From positions 288,001 to 352,000 of the forward strand of contig OZ271854.1 in the NCBI GenBank assembly GCA_965601925.1: 64,000 bases of DNA. Reading direction: 5' to 3'. The notes under the pieces are model-generated. The model did not search any database and was not told the origin of the DNA. It saw only the letters and a program-made list of their open reading frames with translations. Origin of the DNA: Alkalispirochaeta sp. Lineage in GTDB: Bacteria > Spirochaetota > Spirochaetia > DSM-27196 > Alkalispirochaetaceae. Shown here piece after piece: positions 22,588 to 33,303 of this stretch (position 1 is its first letter; each line of letters starts with the position of its first letter). The translations under genes and the position numbers were made by a program.

Positions 22588-24894
22588 TTAGACACGCACA
22601 AGGTGCCAAAACCGCGCCTGATAGTCACCCGGCGCCAGATGTATCCATAGACCGCGTTGGCGAAGCTGCGCCGCATCGTAGGTCTGCCCGCTGTGCGTCT
22701 CACGGTACGAGCCGTCCGCCGATAGCCCGGTAAGGCGCAGGTGGCCCGGATCGTGGTTGGTACGCCCCAAGGGGAGGAAGTGGAAGACGAATATCTCATC
22801 GCCGTCCTCGCTCTCCACCATCCACGCCCGCGCACCGCCTCCTTCACCGGTCAGCGCCGCCCTCGGTGTGGTCGGACCCGTGGGCGTCGCGGCTCCCCCG
22901 GCGCCCGAAGGGCTCCCCAGGCGTACGAATCGACCGCGCATGATCTTCTCGCGAATGGCGGCGTAGAGCTCGGATCCCCTGGCGAAGATCGCACGATCCT
23001 TGGCACTCTCTCGCGAAGGATCGAGCTCGTACCCGTAGCTGAACGCGGCGGCGGTGCACACTCGCGTCCACGCCGGGGTGATGCGTCCCACCTGATGGTT
23101 GGGGACGCTCGAGACGTGCGCGCCGGCCATCTCCGGCGGAAACACAAGGGTCGTTCCGTACTGAATATCGAGCCGCTCCACCGCGTCGGTCTGGTCGCTG
23201 GTCCAAAAGCGCGGGCAGTAGCGGGCCAGTCCGAGATCGAATCGCCCGCCGCCGCCCGCACACCCTTCGATGAGTACATCGGGAAAGGCGACCGCGAGCC
23301 GATCGAGCAGACGATAGAGCCCGAGCATGTAACGGTGCATCACCTCGCCCTGGTGTTCCGCCGGCAGGGCGGCCGAGCCGGCCTCCGTCATGGCGCGATT
23401 CATATCCCATTTGACGTAGCGAGCCCCGGACTCGTTCAGGATCGCGGAGACGACGTCGAACAGGTGGTCCACAACCGCCGGATCGGCCAAATCGAGGGTG
23501 AGCTGCCCACGCGCCAAGGTCGACGACCTCCCCGGAACGGCGAGAATCCAGTCCGGATGGTCACGGTGTAGGTCGCTACCGGGCGATACCATCTCCGGCT
23601 CGATCCATACACCGAACTCCAGCCCTTCGCGACGAACCGCCTCGGCGACGCCGCCCAAGCCGTCGGGGAAGCGCTCTCGGTTGGTGTGCCAATCACCGAG
23701 GGAGGTAGTATCGTCTCTACGGTCGGCAAACCATCCGTCGTCGAGAACGAGAAGCTCGGCGCCGATCTCCCGTCCCGAACGGGCCAAAGCGGCGATCTTA
23801 TCGGCCGTGACGTCGAAATACATAGCCTCCCAGCTGTTGATGGTCGTCTTTCGCGCCTCGCTCCGCCACCGAGACGGTACGATTCCCTCCCGCAAGAGGT
23901 GGTGAAAGGCGCCGCTCATACCGTTGAATCCGCGGTCCGACTGGACGAGGAAGGCGACCGGAGTATCGAACGATTCGCCGGGTCCGAGATGTGCTCTCAG
24001 ACGGTTGATACCGACGGAGAGACGACACGCCTCGTACTGATCGACATCGCAGGCGACGGTACAGTTACCGCTGTAGGCGAGAGCCATCGCAAAGACGCGC
24101 CCCCGGTGCTCATCGGTTTCCGGATCGCATACGGCGATAAACGGACCGGCCTGATGGCCGCTCATCCCGCCACGACCGCCGAGGCTATGCCTGCCCGGCG
24201 AGAGGGGACGCCGCACCACGTGACGCTCCCGCGCCCAGGAGCCCGCCAACGTCACCATGTCGTAGCGATCCGCCGGCAGATCGAGCGACGCCGAGGCGGG
24301 ATCGCGCAGCGTGATCGCCGCGCCGTTCTCCGTGTTGATAACGCGCGCCCAGCGGATGAGCGCAGGGCTCGCCTCGTGTATCACGTAGAATAGATCCACC
24401 GATAGGCCGCCTCTTGGATCGGCGAGACGGATTCGAAGGGTGCGTGCATCGCCGAGGCGATGGTCGGGCCGCATCGCCGGAAGCGCCCGAGGCGCGCTTG
24501 AACCGTGAGTGACCTCGTGCTCGGCATACTCGAGACGGAGCGCCTCGGTACCGTCGGCAAACAGGACGTTCAAGGCGCCTTCGCGGTACTCCCCGGCACC
24601 CCACGCGGGATACTCCTGGGGAAGCGTATCGAGAGAGAGCCCACCCTGCGCCATGGGGAAAAACGGCGCCGGCGAGTCGGCTCCGGCCTCCCCCGTTCGG
24701 GGGATGACCGAAAGGTACGGCACGGCCGCCGGGTGCATTAACTCCTCGGGACGAATATCCGCAACCGGCGGCCCCCAATATAGATGGGACAGAAACGTCC
24801 CATCGAACAGGTGCATAGCGTAGCTGAAATAGTCGTTCCGCAGGTGGAACGTTCGGCCCGTCGAGTCGATCGTAATCATGTCTCGCTCACTCAT
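22588..24894 (-). CDS. Alpha-galactosidase, GH36
   Basis: NSWEAMYFD, LVLDDGWF, GVWIEPEMV, YVKWDMNR, EGCAGGGGRFD, WTSDQTD. Confidence 0.95.
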   Translation of the reverse strand: MSERDMITIDSTGRTFHLRNDYFSYAMHLFDGTFLSHLYWGPPVADIRPEELMHPAAVPYLSVIPRTGEAGADSPAPFFPMAQGGLSLDTLPQEYPAWGAGEYREGALNVLFADGTEALRLEYAEHEVTHGSSAPRALPAMRPDHRLGDARTLRIRLADPRGGLSVDLFYVIHEASPALIRWARVINTENGAAITLRDPASASLDLPADRYDMVTLAGSWARERHVVRRPLSPGRHSLGGRGGMSGHQAGPFIAVCDPETDEHRGRVFAMALAYSGNCTVACDVDQYEACRLSVGINRLRAHLGPGESFDTPVAFLVQSDRGFNGMSGAFHHLLREGIVPSRWRSEARKTTINSWEAMYFDVTADKIAALARSGREIGAELLVLDDGWFADRRDDTTSLGDWHTNRERFPDGLGGVAEAVRREGLEFGVWIEPEMVSPGSDLHRDHPDWILAVPGRSSTLARGQLTLDLADPAVVDHLFDVVSAILNESGARYVKWDMNRAMTEAGSAALPAEHQGEVMHRYMLGLYRLLDRLAVAFPDVLIEGCAGGGGRFDLGLARYCPRFWTSDQTDAVERLDIQYGTTLVFPPEMAGAHVSSVPNHQVGRITPAWTRVCTAAAFSYGYELDPSRESAKDRAIFARGSELYAAIREKIMRGRFVRLGSPSGAGGAATPTGPTTPRAALTGEGGGARAWMVESEDGDEIFVFHFLPLGRTNHDPGHLRLTGLSADGSYRETHSGQTYDAAQLRQRGLWIHLAPGDYQARFWHLVRV

Positions 24895-24915
24895 GCGGAT
24901 ATTGTACCGATAACG

Positions 24916-25773
24916 CTACTCTTTGACGCCACCGAACGTGAGTCCCGCGATGAACTGCCGCTGCAACACAAAGAACACGATGACCGATGGAACGGCCGCT
25001 ACGACCGAACCTGCGGCGATAAGATTCCACGAAATCGACCACGTACCGCGCAGTGCTTGGAGGCCGAAGGTTATGGGCCTCGCCGCGTCACTTTGGACCA
25101 ACGTCAAAGCCCAGAAGAAGTCGTTCCATATGAAGGTGAAGAGGAGGACTCCCAGAGAGGCCAACGCCGGCCGTATCAGCGGCATGATCACGCGGAAGAA
25201 AATTCCCATCTCCGTCGCACCCTCGATCCGGGCCGACTCGACCAACGCCATCGGGAGATCGGCGATGAAGTTGCGCAGAAAGAAGGTCGCGAACCCGATC
25301 TGAAAGGCCGTATGAAAGATCATCAACGCCCACAACGTATCGAGAAGATCGAGGTTGGCGAACATCGTCCGCACCGGGATCATCAGGATCTGAAACGGCA
25401 CGAAGTTTCCCGCGATGAACATCGCGTACAGGAAGATGCGCCCGCGAAAGCGGTGGATCGCGAGCGTATATCCCGCCATAGCACTGAACAGGACCGCCGC
25501 CAGGACCGATGGGATGGTGATCACGACGGAGTTGAAAAAGTATAAGAGCATCGGGCTGCGCGCCGGATTGAACACTTCGGCGTAGTTGTCCACGATGCTG
25601 AACTCGGTGGGCCACCCCCAGTAATTTCCCGCGATGATATCGGCGTTGCCGCGCGCGGAAGTCGTCAAAATCGCGACCAGCGGCAGCAACCACACAACGG
25701 TCAAGAGAATGAGTACGACGTGGTAGACGGTTCGTACCGCCGGATTGGTTCGTTCTATCGGTGTCGGAAACAT
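24916..25773 (-). CDS. Carbohydrate ABC transporter permease (MalG-like)
   Basis: ESARIEGA EAA loop; FTFIWNDFFW; 6 TM segments. Confidence 0.93.
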   Translation of the reverse strand: MFPTPIERTNPAVRTVYHVVLILLTVVWLLPLVAILTTSARGNADIIAGNYWGWPTEFSIVDNYAEVFNPARSPMLLYFFNSVVITIPSVLAAVLFSAMAGYTLAIHRFRGRIFLYAMFIAGNFVPFQILMIPVRTMFANLDLLDTLWALMIFHTAFQIGFATFFLRNFIADLPMALVESARIEGATEMGIFFRVIMPLIRPALASLGVLLFTFIWNDFFWALTLVQSDAARPITFGLQALRGTWSISWNLIAAGSVVAAVPSVIVFFVLQRQFIAGLTFGGVKE

Positions 25774-25777
25774 CGCC

Positions 25778-26665
25778 TCACCTCTCGTTCCGTACGACCG
25801 ATCGCAGGAAAAATGCGATAAAGATCGACATCATCAGAAAGAGAACGACGGCGATAGACGCGCCGTAGCCCATATTGAAGTTGAACAGCGCCTCGTCGTA
25901 CATCTGGTACGCCAGGACGTAACTACTGCCCCACGGTCCCCCGGCGGTCATGATGGCAATCAGGTCGAAGCTGCGTAGCGCACCGATGATCGTCACGACG
26001 ACCGCGATGAAGCTTGCTCCCCGCAGCTGCGGCAGCACCACGTGCCACAACATCGAAAAGCCCGACGCGCCGTCGATGCGTCCCGCCTCCAATACTTGGG
26101 CGTTCATGCTCGTCAAACCGGTCAGGTAGAGAATCATACAATAGGCGGTCTGAGGCCACAGCGCCGCGGCGATAATCCCGTAGGTCGCGAGATTCTCGTC
26201 GGCGAGGATCGGTATCGGATCGAGCCCTAGGCTGCGAAAAATCGCCGCCAGAATTCCCAGGTCAGGATTGTAGAACCACGAGAAAATGAGTCCTACGACG
26301 ACCAGATTGATAACGAAGGGAAAGAAGAACATCGATTTGATGAAGCGGATACCGCGCACATTCTGGTTGAGAAAGAGCGCCACCGCCAGTCCGCCGACGG
26401 GCGCCAACAGCATCAACACCAACCAACGAATGTTGTTGGAAAAAGAGATCACGAAACGCCGGTCACCGACAAGCTCGCGATAGTTCTCCAGTCCCACCCA
26501 CGTCATTGCACCGAATCCGCTCCACTCGTGGAAGCTGATCCAGATACTCTGGATAATCGGCCATAACACGAATACCGCAAACAGTATCATCGCGGGCGCC
26601 AAAAAATAGACCGGCGCCAACGTGTACTGTAAGCGAAGCCATCGATACTCGGTACGTTTGTCCAC
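25778..26665 (-). CDS. Carbohydrate ABC transporter permease (MalF-like)
   Basis: VGLENY, EAGRIDGA, TAGGP, MGYGAS. Confidence 0.93.
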   Translation of the reverse strand: MDKRTEYRWLRLQYTLAPVYFLAPAMILFAVFVLWPIIQSIWISFHEWSGFGAMTWVGLENYRELVGDRRFVISFSNNIRWLVLMLLAPVGGLAVALFLNQNVRGIRFIKSMFFFPFVINLVVVGLIFSWFYNPDLGILAAIFRSLGLDPIPILADENLATYGIIAAALWPQTAYCMILYLTGLTSMNAQVLEAGRIDGASGFSMLWHVVLPQLRGASFIAVVVTIIGALRSFDLIAIMTAGGPWGSSYVLAYQMYDEALFNFNMGYGASIAVVLFLMMSIFIAFFLRSVVRNER

Positions 26666-26695
26666 GAGATTACCTTCCCCCCTTCGATAGCAAAG

Positions 26696-26723
26696 ACGCC
26701 CGACCCCGCAGGGCCGGACGTCG
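26696..26723 (-). other. Stem-loop 3' of the solute-binding-protein gene (possible mRNA-stabilising element)
   Basis: Imperfect hairpin gacgcccgaccccgcagggccggacgtc between the SBP and permease genes. Confidence 0.45.
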
Positions 26724-26748
26724 TTATAGATTCACGATGTCGAGACGA

Positions 26749-28011
26749 CTACTCGAAGACGCTGAGACGCTCGTCTTCCAACCGCTGGCGAATCTCCTCT
26801 ACGCGGTCGGGATTCACCATGAACTCCTGAAATCCCTGCATACCGGCCGAGGCCATCTCGGGGCTGGTATCGCGATCGTAGAACTGAGCCAGTCCGTCGG
26901 CGGCGTTTAACATCTCGAACCCGGCGAGGGTGAATCGATCCTCGGGGGGACGGGAGTTCCTGTTGGGAGGGATGTTACCGACCGTGTAGGCGAAGTCGGC
27001 AAGCACGTCGGGACGAGAGGCGAACTCGAGAAAGAGCTTGGCCTCTTCTACATTCTCCGCTCCCGCAGGAATGTGGTACGACTCCATCGGTGCATCTTCG
27101 TACATTCCGACCGCCGGGTTGATCTGAGGAAACTGGAAGAAGCCCACATTATCGATGACGCCTGCGCTCTCCATGTCGGGCACGATGAAGTTCCCGATCA
27201 GATACATCGCGGCGCGGCCGTTAATAAACGGCGCCTGAGCCTCCTGCCACGAGAAGGTGGCGTGGTTTTCCAAGAAGAAACCGCGCTCGATCAGATCGGT
27301 CCACACGGCAAAGACCTCATCCAACTCGGGGTCGAGATAGCTCGCCTCGCCGTCCATGAGCGACATGTGGTAGTCGAACCCGTTGATGCGCAGGTTGAGG
27401 TAGTCGAACCAACCGGCGGCGGTCCACAGGAACCGGGTTCCGATGGTAACCGGCGTGATACCATTGGCTACCAACGTGTCGCCGACTTCCAGGAACTCAT
27501 CCCACGTCTCCGGGACGGAGAGCCCGTACTCCTGGAAGACGTCGGTGCGATAAAAGACACCCCATTGGTAATAACCCCACGGAACGCCGTACTGGCGGCC
27601 GTCGACGGTGAGAGTCGGTCGAGACGAGGCCATCGAATCATTGAAATCGGCCTCTTCCCACAGATCGCTCACGTCCATGAATAGTCCCTCATCGACGAAA
27701 AACTTCATGCGATTACCGGCGAACCAGAGTGCAACGTCCGGCGGATCGGAGACCAGAAAGTTACGGATCGCCGTCTTGTACGCCTCGTGATCGAAGGTGT
27801 TGAGGGTCACATCGATATCGGGATACTCGGCCTGAAACGCATCCACAAGCTCCTGAAACGCTCCGCGCGGTGCAGGGTCGGACAGATTCGAGTTGATTAC
27901 CAACTCCCGTTGACCGTCGTCACCGTCTTCGCCCTGCCCGGACGCCAACACAACCATCGGCGCGAGAAGTGTGAAGACCATCAGCAGTGAAAAAACTCTT
28001 CGCATTGTCAC
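26749..28011 (-). CDS. Carbohydrate ABC transporter substrate-binding protein
   Basis: AAGGAGG SD; signal peptide then ASGQGE; FQAEYPDIDV, DGRQYGVPW, PETWDEF, GRAAMYLIG. Confidence 0.93.
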   Translation of the reverse strand: MTMRRVFSLLMVFTLLAPMVVLASGQGEDGDDGQRELVINSNLSDPAPRGAFQELVDAFQAEYPDIDVTLNTFDHEAYKTAIRNFLVSDPPDVALWFAGNRMKFFVDEGLFMDVSDLWEEADFNDSMASSRPTLTVDGRQYGVPWGYYQWGVFYRTDVFQEYGLSVPETWDEFLEVGDTLVANGITPVTIGTRFLWTAAGWFDYLNLRINGFDYHMSLMDGEASYLDPELDEVFAVWTDLIERGFFLENHATFSWQEAQAPFINGRAAMYLIGNFIVPDMESAGVIDNVGFFQFPQINPAVGMYEDAPMESYHIPAGAENVEEAKLFLEFASRPDVLADFAYTVGNIPPNRNSRPPEDRFTLAGFEMLNAADGLAQFYDRDTSPEMASAGMQGFQEFMVNPDRVEEIRQRLEDERLSVFE

Positions 28012-28171
28012 TACTTCCTCCTTGATTATAATAGTTAACTATTGTCAGCCCGCTTGCGAGACTAGGTCAATCTTAAGATTTTCCTGGCTTTTTTAACCAT
28101 TTCAGGTGTCGCGCGTTGAAGAACGATTGGCGTTGAATTTATGCATTTTTGAACCACTTAACGCCCTGTTA

Positions 28172-28196
28172 ATGAATATTATTCATCGAATATTCA
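28172..28196. promoter_or_regulatory. AT-rich palindromic candidate operator between the divergent SBP and AraC genes
   Basis: TGAATATT-N8-AATATTCA perfect inverted repeat overlapping ATGAAT-ATT-ATTCAT. Confidence 0.5.
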
Positions 28197-28288
28197 CTTC
28201 TCGGCGTCAAATGGAAAAAGGGCACCCAGCATTTCTTTTGCAATTTTCAAAAAAATATGGCAATATTACGATGCCGGAGGCGGTGGCA

Positions 28289-29206
28289 TTGAAAAACCAG
28301 CATGATCAGGGTCGCAGAGACGGCGAATTTGTTCTCAGCACTCCTACGGAGGTCGAAAACGAGCTACCGTTTCAACTCATCGGCGCGGGATGTGACTTCT
28401 ATCAGTATCCTATCGATCGCCCGTTCGGATTTCCCGTTTTTCAGTGGATCCAGACGATGAGCGGCAACGGCGTGCTCATTTACAACGGCCAGGAGATGAA
28501 AGTCGGGGACCACGAGGGGATACTCCTCTATCCCGAAGTGGGTCACCGGTACCACGCCGTCGAGGAGCCGTGGTACGTCAATTGGATCACCTTCAGCGGC
28601 CACCATATCGAGAGCATGCTCCAATACGCCGATATGAATAGGACCGGAGTCTACCGCGTCTCCGAGGCCTCGATCGTCGAGTCGTTGATTCGCAAGGCGT
28701 TTCATACCCTCGCAAGCACCTATCCGCTCAAGGGCGTGGACGGCTCGGTGATCGTCTACGAGTTACTCCTCGGCTTTCTCAAGTACGCGCGCTTGGAGGG
28801 GTCGGAGAGTCGCAACACGCACGTCATGCGCCTGAAGCCGGCTCTCGACTTGATAGAACGAGAGATGCACCGCCCTTTGAGCCTAAACGATCTCGCCTCA
28901 TCGATCGGCGTTACCCCGCAGTACTTCTGCGAGCTGTTCCGAACCGTGACGAGTCGTCGTCCGACCGAGTACGTTAATCAGCGACGCATCGACCGGGCGA
29001 AGGAGATTCTCTACGCCGAGCCCAATACGCGTATCAGCGAGATCGCACATCGCGTCGGGTTTGAGAGCGACAGCTACTTTTCTACCGTATTTCGTCGTAT
29101 GGAGGGTGTCAGCCCCCGGCAGTATCGCGAAACGAAGACCGGCGTACAACTCGACGAGCACACGGCCCTATTCGCCCGGCGGCTGCAACGCCAGGGCGAT
29201 CGATAG
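28289..29206 (+). CDS. AraC family transcriptional regulator
   Basis: N-terminal cupin-like ligand domain; C-terminal double HTH (LNDLASSIGVTPQYFC...ISEIAHRVGFESDSYFSTVFRRMEGVSPRQYR). Start TTG 28289 after GGAGG (or ATG 28271). Confidence 0.92.
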   Translation: MKNQHDQGRRDGEFVLSTPTEVENELPFQLIGAGCDFYQYPIDRPFGFPVFQWIQTMSGNGVLIYNGQEMKVGDHEGILLYPEVGHRYHAVEEPWYVNWITFSGHHIESMLQYADMNRTGVYRVSEASIVESLIRKAFHTLASTYPLKGVDGSVIVYELLLGFLKYARLEGSESRNTHVMRLKPALDLIEREMHRPLSLNDLASSIGVTPQYFCELFRTVTSRRPTEYVNQRRIDRAKEILYAEPNTRISEIAHRVGFESDSYFSTVFRRMEGVSPRQYRETKTGVQLDEHTALFARRLQRQGDR

Positions 29207-29605
29207 TCGATTCCAGGCGTTCATCAGCATAATCTGGTGAACGAGATAGAGCGTCGCCTCCCCTCCGAGTCCGTCCACCGCCGCTTGCCACAGATCGTCG
29301 CGGATGCCGGCGGCAGGGTGCTTCGTCAATGCGCGCGCCAGACGGAGCGCCGACTTCTCACTCGCCGAGAAGCGCCCGCTCTCCTCAAAGGTTGTTACCA
29401 GGCGTAGTTTTTCCTCCGCTACCCCTTCGGCGCGAGCCTTCTCCCAATGTACGACGATACAGTGCGCGCACCCATTCAGCTGCGAGACGAGCACCGATAC
29501 CAACTCTCTCAAGCCGTTGTCGAGGACGCTGCGCCGGATGATTCCGGAGAGCGAAAACAGGGCGCGTGTCGCTTCGGGGGCAACCGTCCGGTAGTCGATA
29601 CGCAT
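29168..29605 (-). CDS. Carboxymuconolactone decarboxylase/AhpD-like family protein
   Basis: ELVSVLVSQLNGCAHC, NAWNRL. Start refined to ATG 29605. Confidence 0.88.
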   Translation of the reverse strand: MRIDYRTVAPEATRALFSLSGIIRRSVLDNGLRELVSVLVSQLNGCAHCIVVHWEKARAEGVAEEKLRLVTTFEESGRFSASEKSALRLARALTKHPAAGIRDDLWQAAVDGLGGEATLYLVHQIMLMNAWNRLSIALALQPPGE

Positions 29606-29824
29606 CGGTGAAAGATAGCGATTTTTAACACGAACGGTTTGGCGTAAAGCCGATCCCCGATGACCGGGCGATACGGCGATCGTCTTCGCGTCACAAGGTG
29701 CACGGTCAACCGCACATATCACCGAGGGATACGTGCGATTCCTGCGCGCCCGATGGAGCGTCGAGGTAGTCTATGGCCGCACCCGCGGAGTCCGCGGGGC
29801 ACCCGTCGACGGGCACGGGCCTCG

Positions 29825-31696
29825 CTACAGCGCCTTCTCCATCACACGATTGAGTCGCTCGACGAACGTCGCCGGGTCTTTCAGTTGCACACCTTCGACA
29901 AGAAGCGCCTGATCGAGAAGCAGGAACGAGGCGTCCGCAAAACGATCGTCGTCTTCGATCTCTTTCATGCGCTCGACGATCGTGTGGTCCGGGTTGATCT
30001 CCAATATCGGTTTCACATCCGGTAGATCGACCTGTCCCATCGCCTTCATCATCTGCGCCATTTTCATCGTGGGATCGCTCTCGTCTACGACCATACAACT
30101 CGGACTGTCGGCGAGACGTACCGAGGTCACCACGTCTTTGACGCGATCCTCCAGCACCTTCTTCATCCGCTCAAGGAGCGGTTGGAGCTCCTTGTCCTTT
30201 TCTTTGTCTTTCTGCTCGTTGAGATCTTCGCCGGCGTCCGAGCGGTTGACCGCCTTGAGGTCGATGTCTTTGTACTTCCCGACTGTGGGAATCACGAGCT
30301 CGTCGACGTCCTCGGCCATGACGAGCACCTCGATGTTCTTCTTCCGGTACGCCTCCAACAGCGGCGAGCGGCGCAAGGTCTCCTCGTTGTCGCCGGTGAT
30401 GAAGTAGATCGCCTTCTGGTCCGGGAGCATGCGCTCTTTGTACTCGGCGAGGCTCGTCCATCCGTCGGCCGTGGTACTCTTGAACCGCACGAGGTCCATC
30501 AACGCCTCACGGTTGGCAAAATCGGAGTAAAGCCCCTCCTTGAGCGGCCGATTGAACGCCTCGATGAAGGCGCCCCACGTCTCGGCGTCCTCGGCGGCGA
30601 GGCGGGCGAACTCGTTAAGCAACTTCTTGACCGAACTCTCCCTAATTTTTGCGAGGATGCGATTTTGCTGCAGTATCTCGCGGCTGACGTTGAGGGGCAG
30701 GTCCTCCGAGTCAATTACCCCCCGGACGAAGCGCAGGTAGGTCGGCATGAGCTCCTTCTCGTCGTCGGTGATAAAGACGCGCCGGACGTAGAGCTTGACG
30801 CCGGGACGATAGTCGACCTGATACATATCGAAGGGCGCCGTCTTGGGAACGTAGAAGAGCGTCGTGTACTCCATCGTTCCCTCAGCTTGGGTGTGGAGAT
30901 GGAAGAGCGGCTCGTCGGTATCGTGGCTGATCGTCTTGTAGAACTCGGCGTACTCCTCTTCGGAGATGTCGGATTTGCCGCGCTTCCACAACGCATTGGC
31001 GCTGTTGACTTGCTCGGTAGTCGGCTCTTTGCTCTTCTCCTTGCCCTTATCGTCGTACTCGACCTTCTCGTAGTGGAGCCAGATCGGAAAGGCGATGTGG
31101 TTGGAATACTTCTTGATGATCTGTTCGATCTGCCACCGAGAGGCGTACTCCTCGCCCTCGCCGTTCAGGTGCAGAACTACCGTCGTACCTTGGCTGTCGC
31201 GTTCGGCCTCGTTCAGATCGAATCCGCTCTCGCCGTCGGACTCCCACTTCCACGCCTTCTCCTCTCCGGCCTTGCGACTGATCACCTCGACGCGGTCGGC
31301 GACCATAAAGACCGAATAGAACCCGACACCGAACTGGCCGATGAGGTTGCTGTCTTTCTTCGCGTCCCCCGTGAGCTGTCCCAAAAAGGCCTTGGTACCG
31401 CTCTTGGCGATCGTACCCAGATTCTCGACCAGATCGGTCTCGCCCATACCGATTCCGTTGTCGCGGACGGTGAGCGTCTTACCACCTTCGGCATCGGAGA
31501 ACTCGATATCGATACGCGGCTGAAACTCCATCGACTTGAAGGCGTCTTCGGTCAGCGTGAGATACTTGAGCTTATCCAGCGCGTCGCTGGAGTTGGAAAC
31601 CAGCTCTCTCAAAAAGATCTCTTTGTGCGAATAGAGAGAATGAATAATGAGATTGAGTAGCTGGTTGACCTCGGTCTGAAATTGATGTGTGGACAT
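29825..31696 (-). CDS. htpG: Molecular chaperone HtpG (Hsp90)
   Basis: IFLRELVSNSSDA, DNGIGM, NLGTIAKSGT, IGQFGVGFYS, DLPLNVSREILQ, ILEINPDH. Start ATG 31696. Confidence 0.98.
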   Translation of the reverse strand: MSTHQFQTEVNQLLNLIIHSLYSHKEIFLRELVSNSSDALDKLKYLTLTEDAFKSMEFQPRIDIEFSDAEGGKTLTVRDNGIGMGETDLVENLGTIAKSGTKAFLGQLTGDAKKDSNLIGQFGVGFYSVFMVADRVEVISRKAGEEKAWKWESDGESGFDLNEAERDSQGTTVVLHLNGEGEEYASRWQIEQIIKKYSNHIAFPIWLHYEKVEYDDKGKEKSKEPTTEQVNSANALWKRGKSDISEEEYAEFYKTISHDTDEPLFHLHTQAEGTMEYTTLFYVPKTAPFDMYQVDYRPGVKLYVRRVFITDDEKELMPTYLRFVRGVIDSEDLPLNVSREILQQNRILAKIRESSVKKLLNEFARLAAEDAETWGAFIEAFNRPLKEGLYSDFANREALMDLVRFKSTTADGWTSLAEYKERMLPDQKAIYFITGDNEETLRRSPLLEAYRKKNIEVLVMAEDVDELVIPTVGKYKDIDLKAVNRSDAGEDLNEQKDKEKDKELQPLLERMKKVLEDRVKDVVTSVRLADSPSCMVVDESDPTMKMAQMMKAMGQVDLPDVKPILEINPDHTIVERMKEIEDDDRFADASFLLLDQALLVEGVQLKDPATFVERLNRVMEKAL

Positions 31697-31805
31697 ACTG
31701 TGATCCCTCAATCCTTTGATAAATGCGTCCCACCAAAGGGTTTCGGTGGGCGCCGCACAATATACCGCCAATTACGAGGCGGGTAAATAGCAGGGGGCGC
31801 CGCGT

Positions 31806-33221
31806 CTACTCGTGCTCGAATGAGTGCCGTAACACGACGCTCCGGCGATCGGCATCGTAGCGCCGTCGCTTCTCTTCCGGAAGCTTATCCACCTCCACCC
31901 GCGTGAAACCGATACTCTCGAACCAGTCGATGGTGCGGGTGGTCAGGACGAACACCGCCGGAAGGCGCAGGCTACGGGCGCGTTCCATGAGGTAGAGCAC
32001 GATACGACGCCCGATTCCCAACTCCTCGTAGTGCGAATCGACCGCGAGGGCGGCGATTTCCGCCTCGCCGTTGGCGTACTCGTGGAGCGCTCCGCATCCG
32101 TGAATACGACCGTCGGTCTCGTGTACGACGAAGTCACGGTATCGTGCCGCGATATCGTCGGGAGACCGCGCCACGAGCACGCCGCTCGCCGCCAACGGTT
32201 GTAGAAGATCGTGAACCTTTCCGACGTCTTCCAGCCGCATCGGTCGAATGCTCTGATACACGTTGCTGTGCACCATGGTACCGACTCCCCGGTCGCTGAA
32301 GACCTCGACGAGCACGACACCCTCTCTGCCGCCGTCGACGATATGGACGCGATTGACCGTCGCTCTCGCGGCCAAATAGGCGAGACGGAGATACTCCAAA
32401 TGTTCCCGACGACCCTCGTGATATCCGCTCGGTTCGATTCTATCGTCCACTCCCGCCTCGTCCGCGGACGCGACGGAGGGTTCGTCGGTGGGAGCGGCTA
32501 TACCGTTATGGGCAAGTACCAGACCGGCCTCCTCCACGGTGAGACGGTTGATACGCCCCGAGTCGGCGTAGTCGATGTCGCGCGGTAACTCGATGTCGTC
32601 GTCACCGATCCCCATGTGGTCGGTGACGAAAAAGAGCTTGTCCGCCTCAATGCTCACGGCGATACGAAAGGCGAGCTCTCGCGAGGAGATGTTGTACGGT
32701 TTACCGGTCGCGCTCCACCCGATACACGGGAAGATGGGGATGATCTCCTGGAGGAGCGTCGAGCGCAACAGATCGAGTCGAACTCGCTCCACGACGCCCG
32801 CCTGATCGTAGTCGACGCCGTCGACAACGCCGATACCCCGCGCCCGCACCCAGTTGCCTACGACGGCGTTGGCGTGGTTGGCGCTAAGAAGCGTCATAAA
32901 CCGGTTGGTCACGTCGAAGGCGGCCATCTTGATAAAGGGAATCGACTCCGCCGAGGCGATACGTATTCCGCGCTCGCGACGCCAGGTGACGTTGTATCTC
33001 GCCAGCACCTCGTCGATCCGTTGGCGCGCCCCTGGGACCAAAATAATGCGAATACCGGCCTGGTGGAGCAGCGCAACATCCTGTACGAGCGCGTTGATAC
33101 CGGCCCCCTCGACCGCGGCGTAGTCCACGTGGATGACGAACGTCTTTCCGCGAAATCGATGCGCATAGGTAAAAACTTGGCGTATAAGATCGACCTGATC
33201 GATGATGTCGGAGCTGTTCAT
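31806..33221 (-). CDS. argA: Amino-acid N-acetyltransferase (N-acetylglutamate synthase)
   Basis: AAK domain (RFRGKTFVI, GVVDGVDY) followed by a GNAT domain (GCGALH, AEIAALAV, GIGRR, FVLTTRTIDWF). Confidence 0.92.
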   Translation of the reverse strand: MNSSDIIDQVDLIRQVFTYAHRFRGKTFVIHVDYAAVEGAGINALVQDVALLHQAGIRIILVPGARQRIDEVLARYNVTWRRERGIRIASAESIPFIKMAAFDVTNRFMTLLSANHANAVVGNWVRARGIGVVDGVDYDQAGVVERVRLDLLRSTLLQEIIPIFPCIGWSATGKPYNISSRELAFRIAVSIEADKLFFVTDHMGIGDDDIELPRDIDYADSGRINRLTVEEAGLVLAHNGIAAPTDEPSVASADEAGVDDRIEPSGYHEGRREHLEYLRLAYLAARATVNRVHIVDGGREGVVLVEVFSDRGVGTMVHSNVYQSIRPMRLEDVGKVHDLLQPLAASGVLVARSPDDIAARYRDFVVHETDGRIHGCGALHEYANGEAEIAALAVDSHYEELGIGRRIVLYLMERARSLRLPAVFVLTTRTIDWFESIGFTRVEVDKLPEEKRRRYDADRRSVVLRHSFEHE

Positions 33222-33303
33222 CCCGCAGTCAGTCTATCCGAAAGGCGGGAAGCGTTTCCACAATCCCGCGTGGCGGTCGATATCGAGTCGATAGGAGGAG
33301 CGG

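Noticed and set aside
29775..29821. Two short palindromes downstream of htpG as REP-like repeats
   Set aside because: Not seen elsewhere in the window; probably terminator or stability hairpins.
30182..31660. 492-aa plus-strand ORF opposite htpG (and similar ones opposite the GH2, lyase and leuS genes)
   Set aside because: Antisense ORFs expected from GC-rich codon bias; no independent coding signal.
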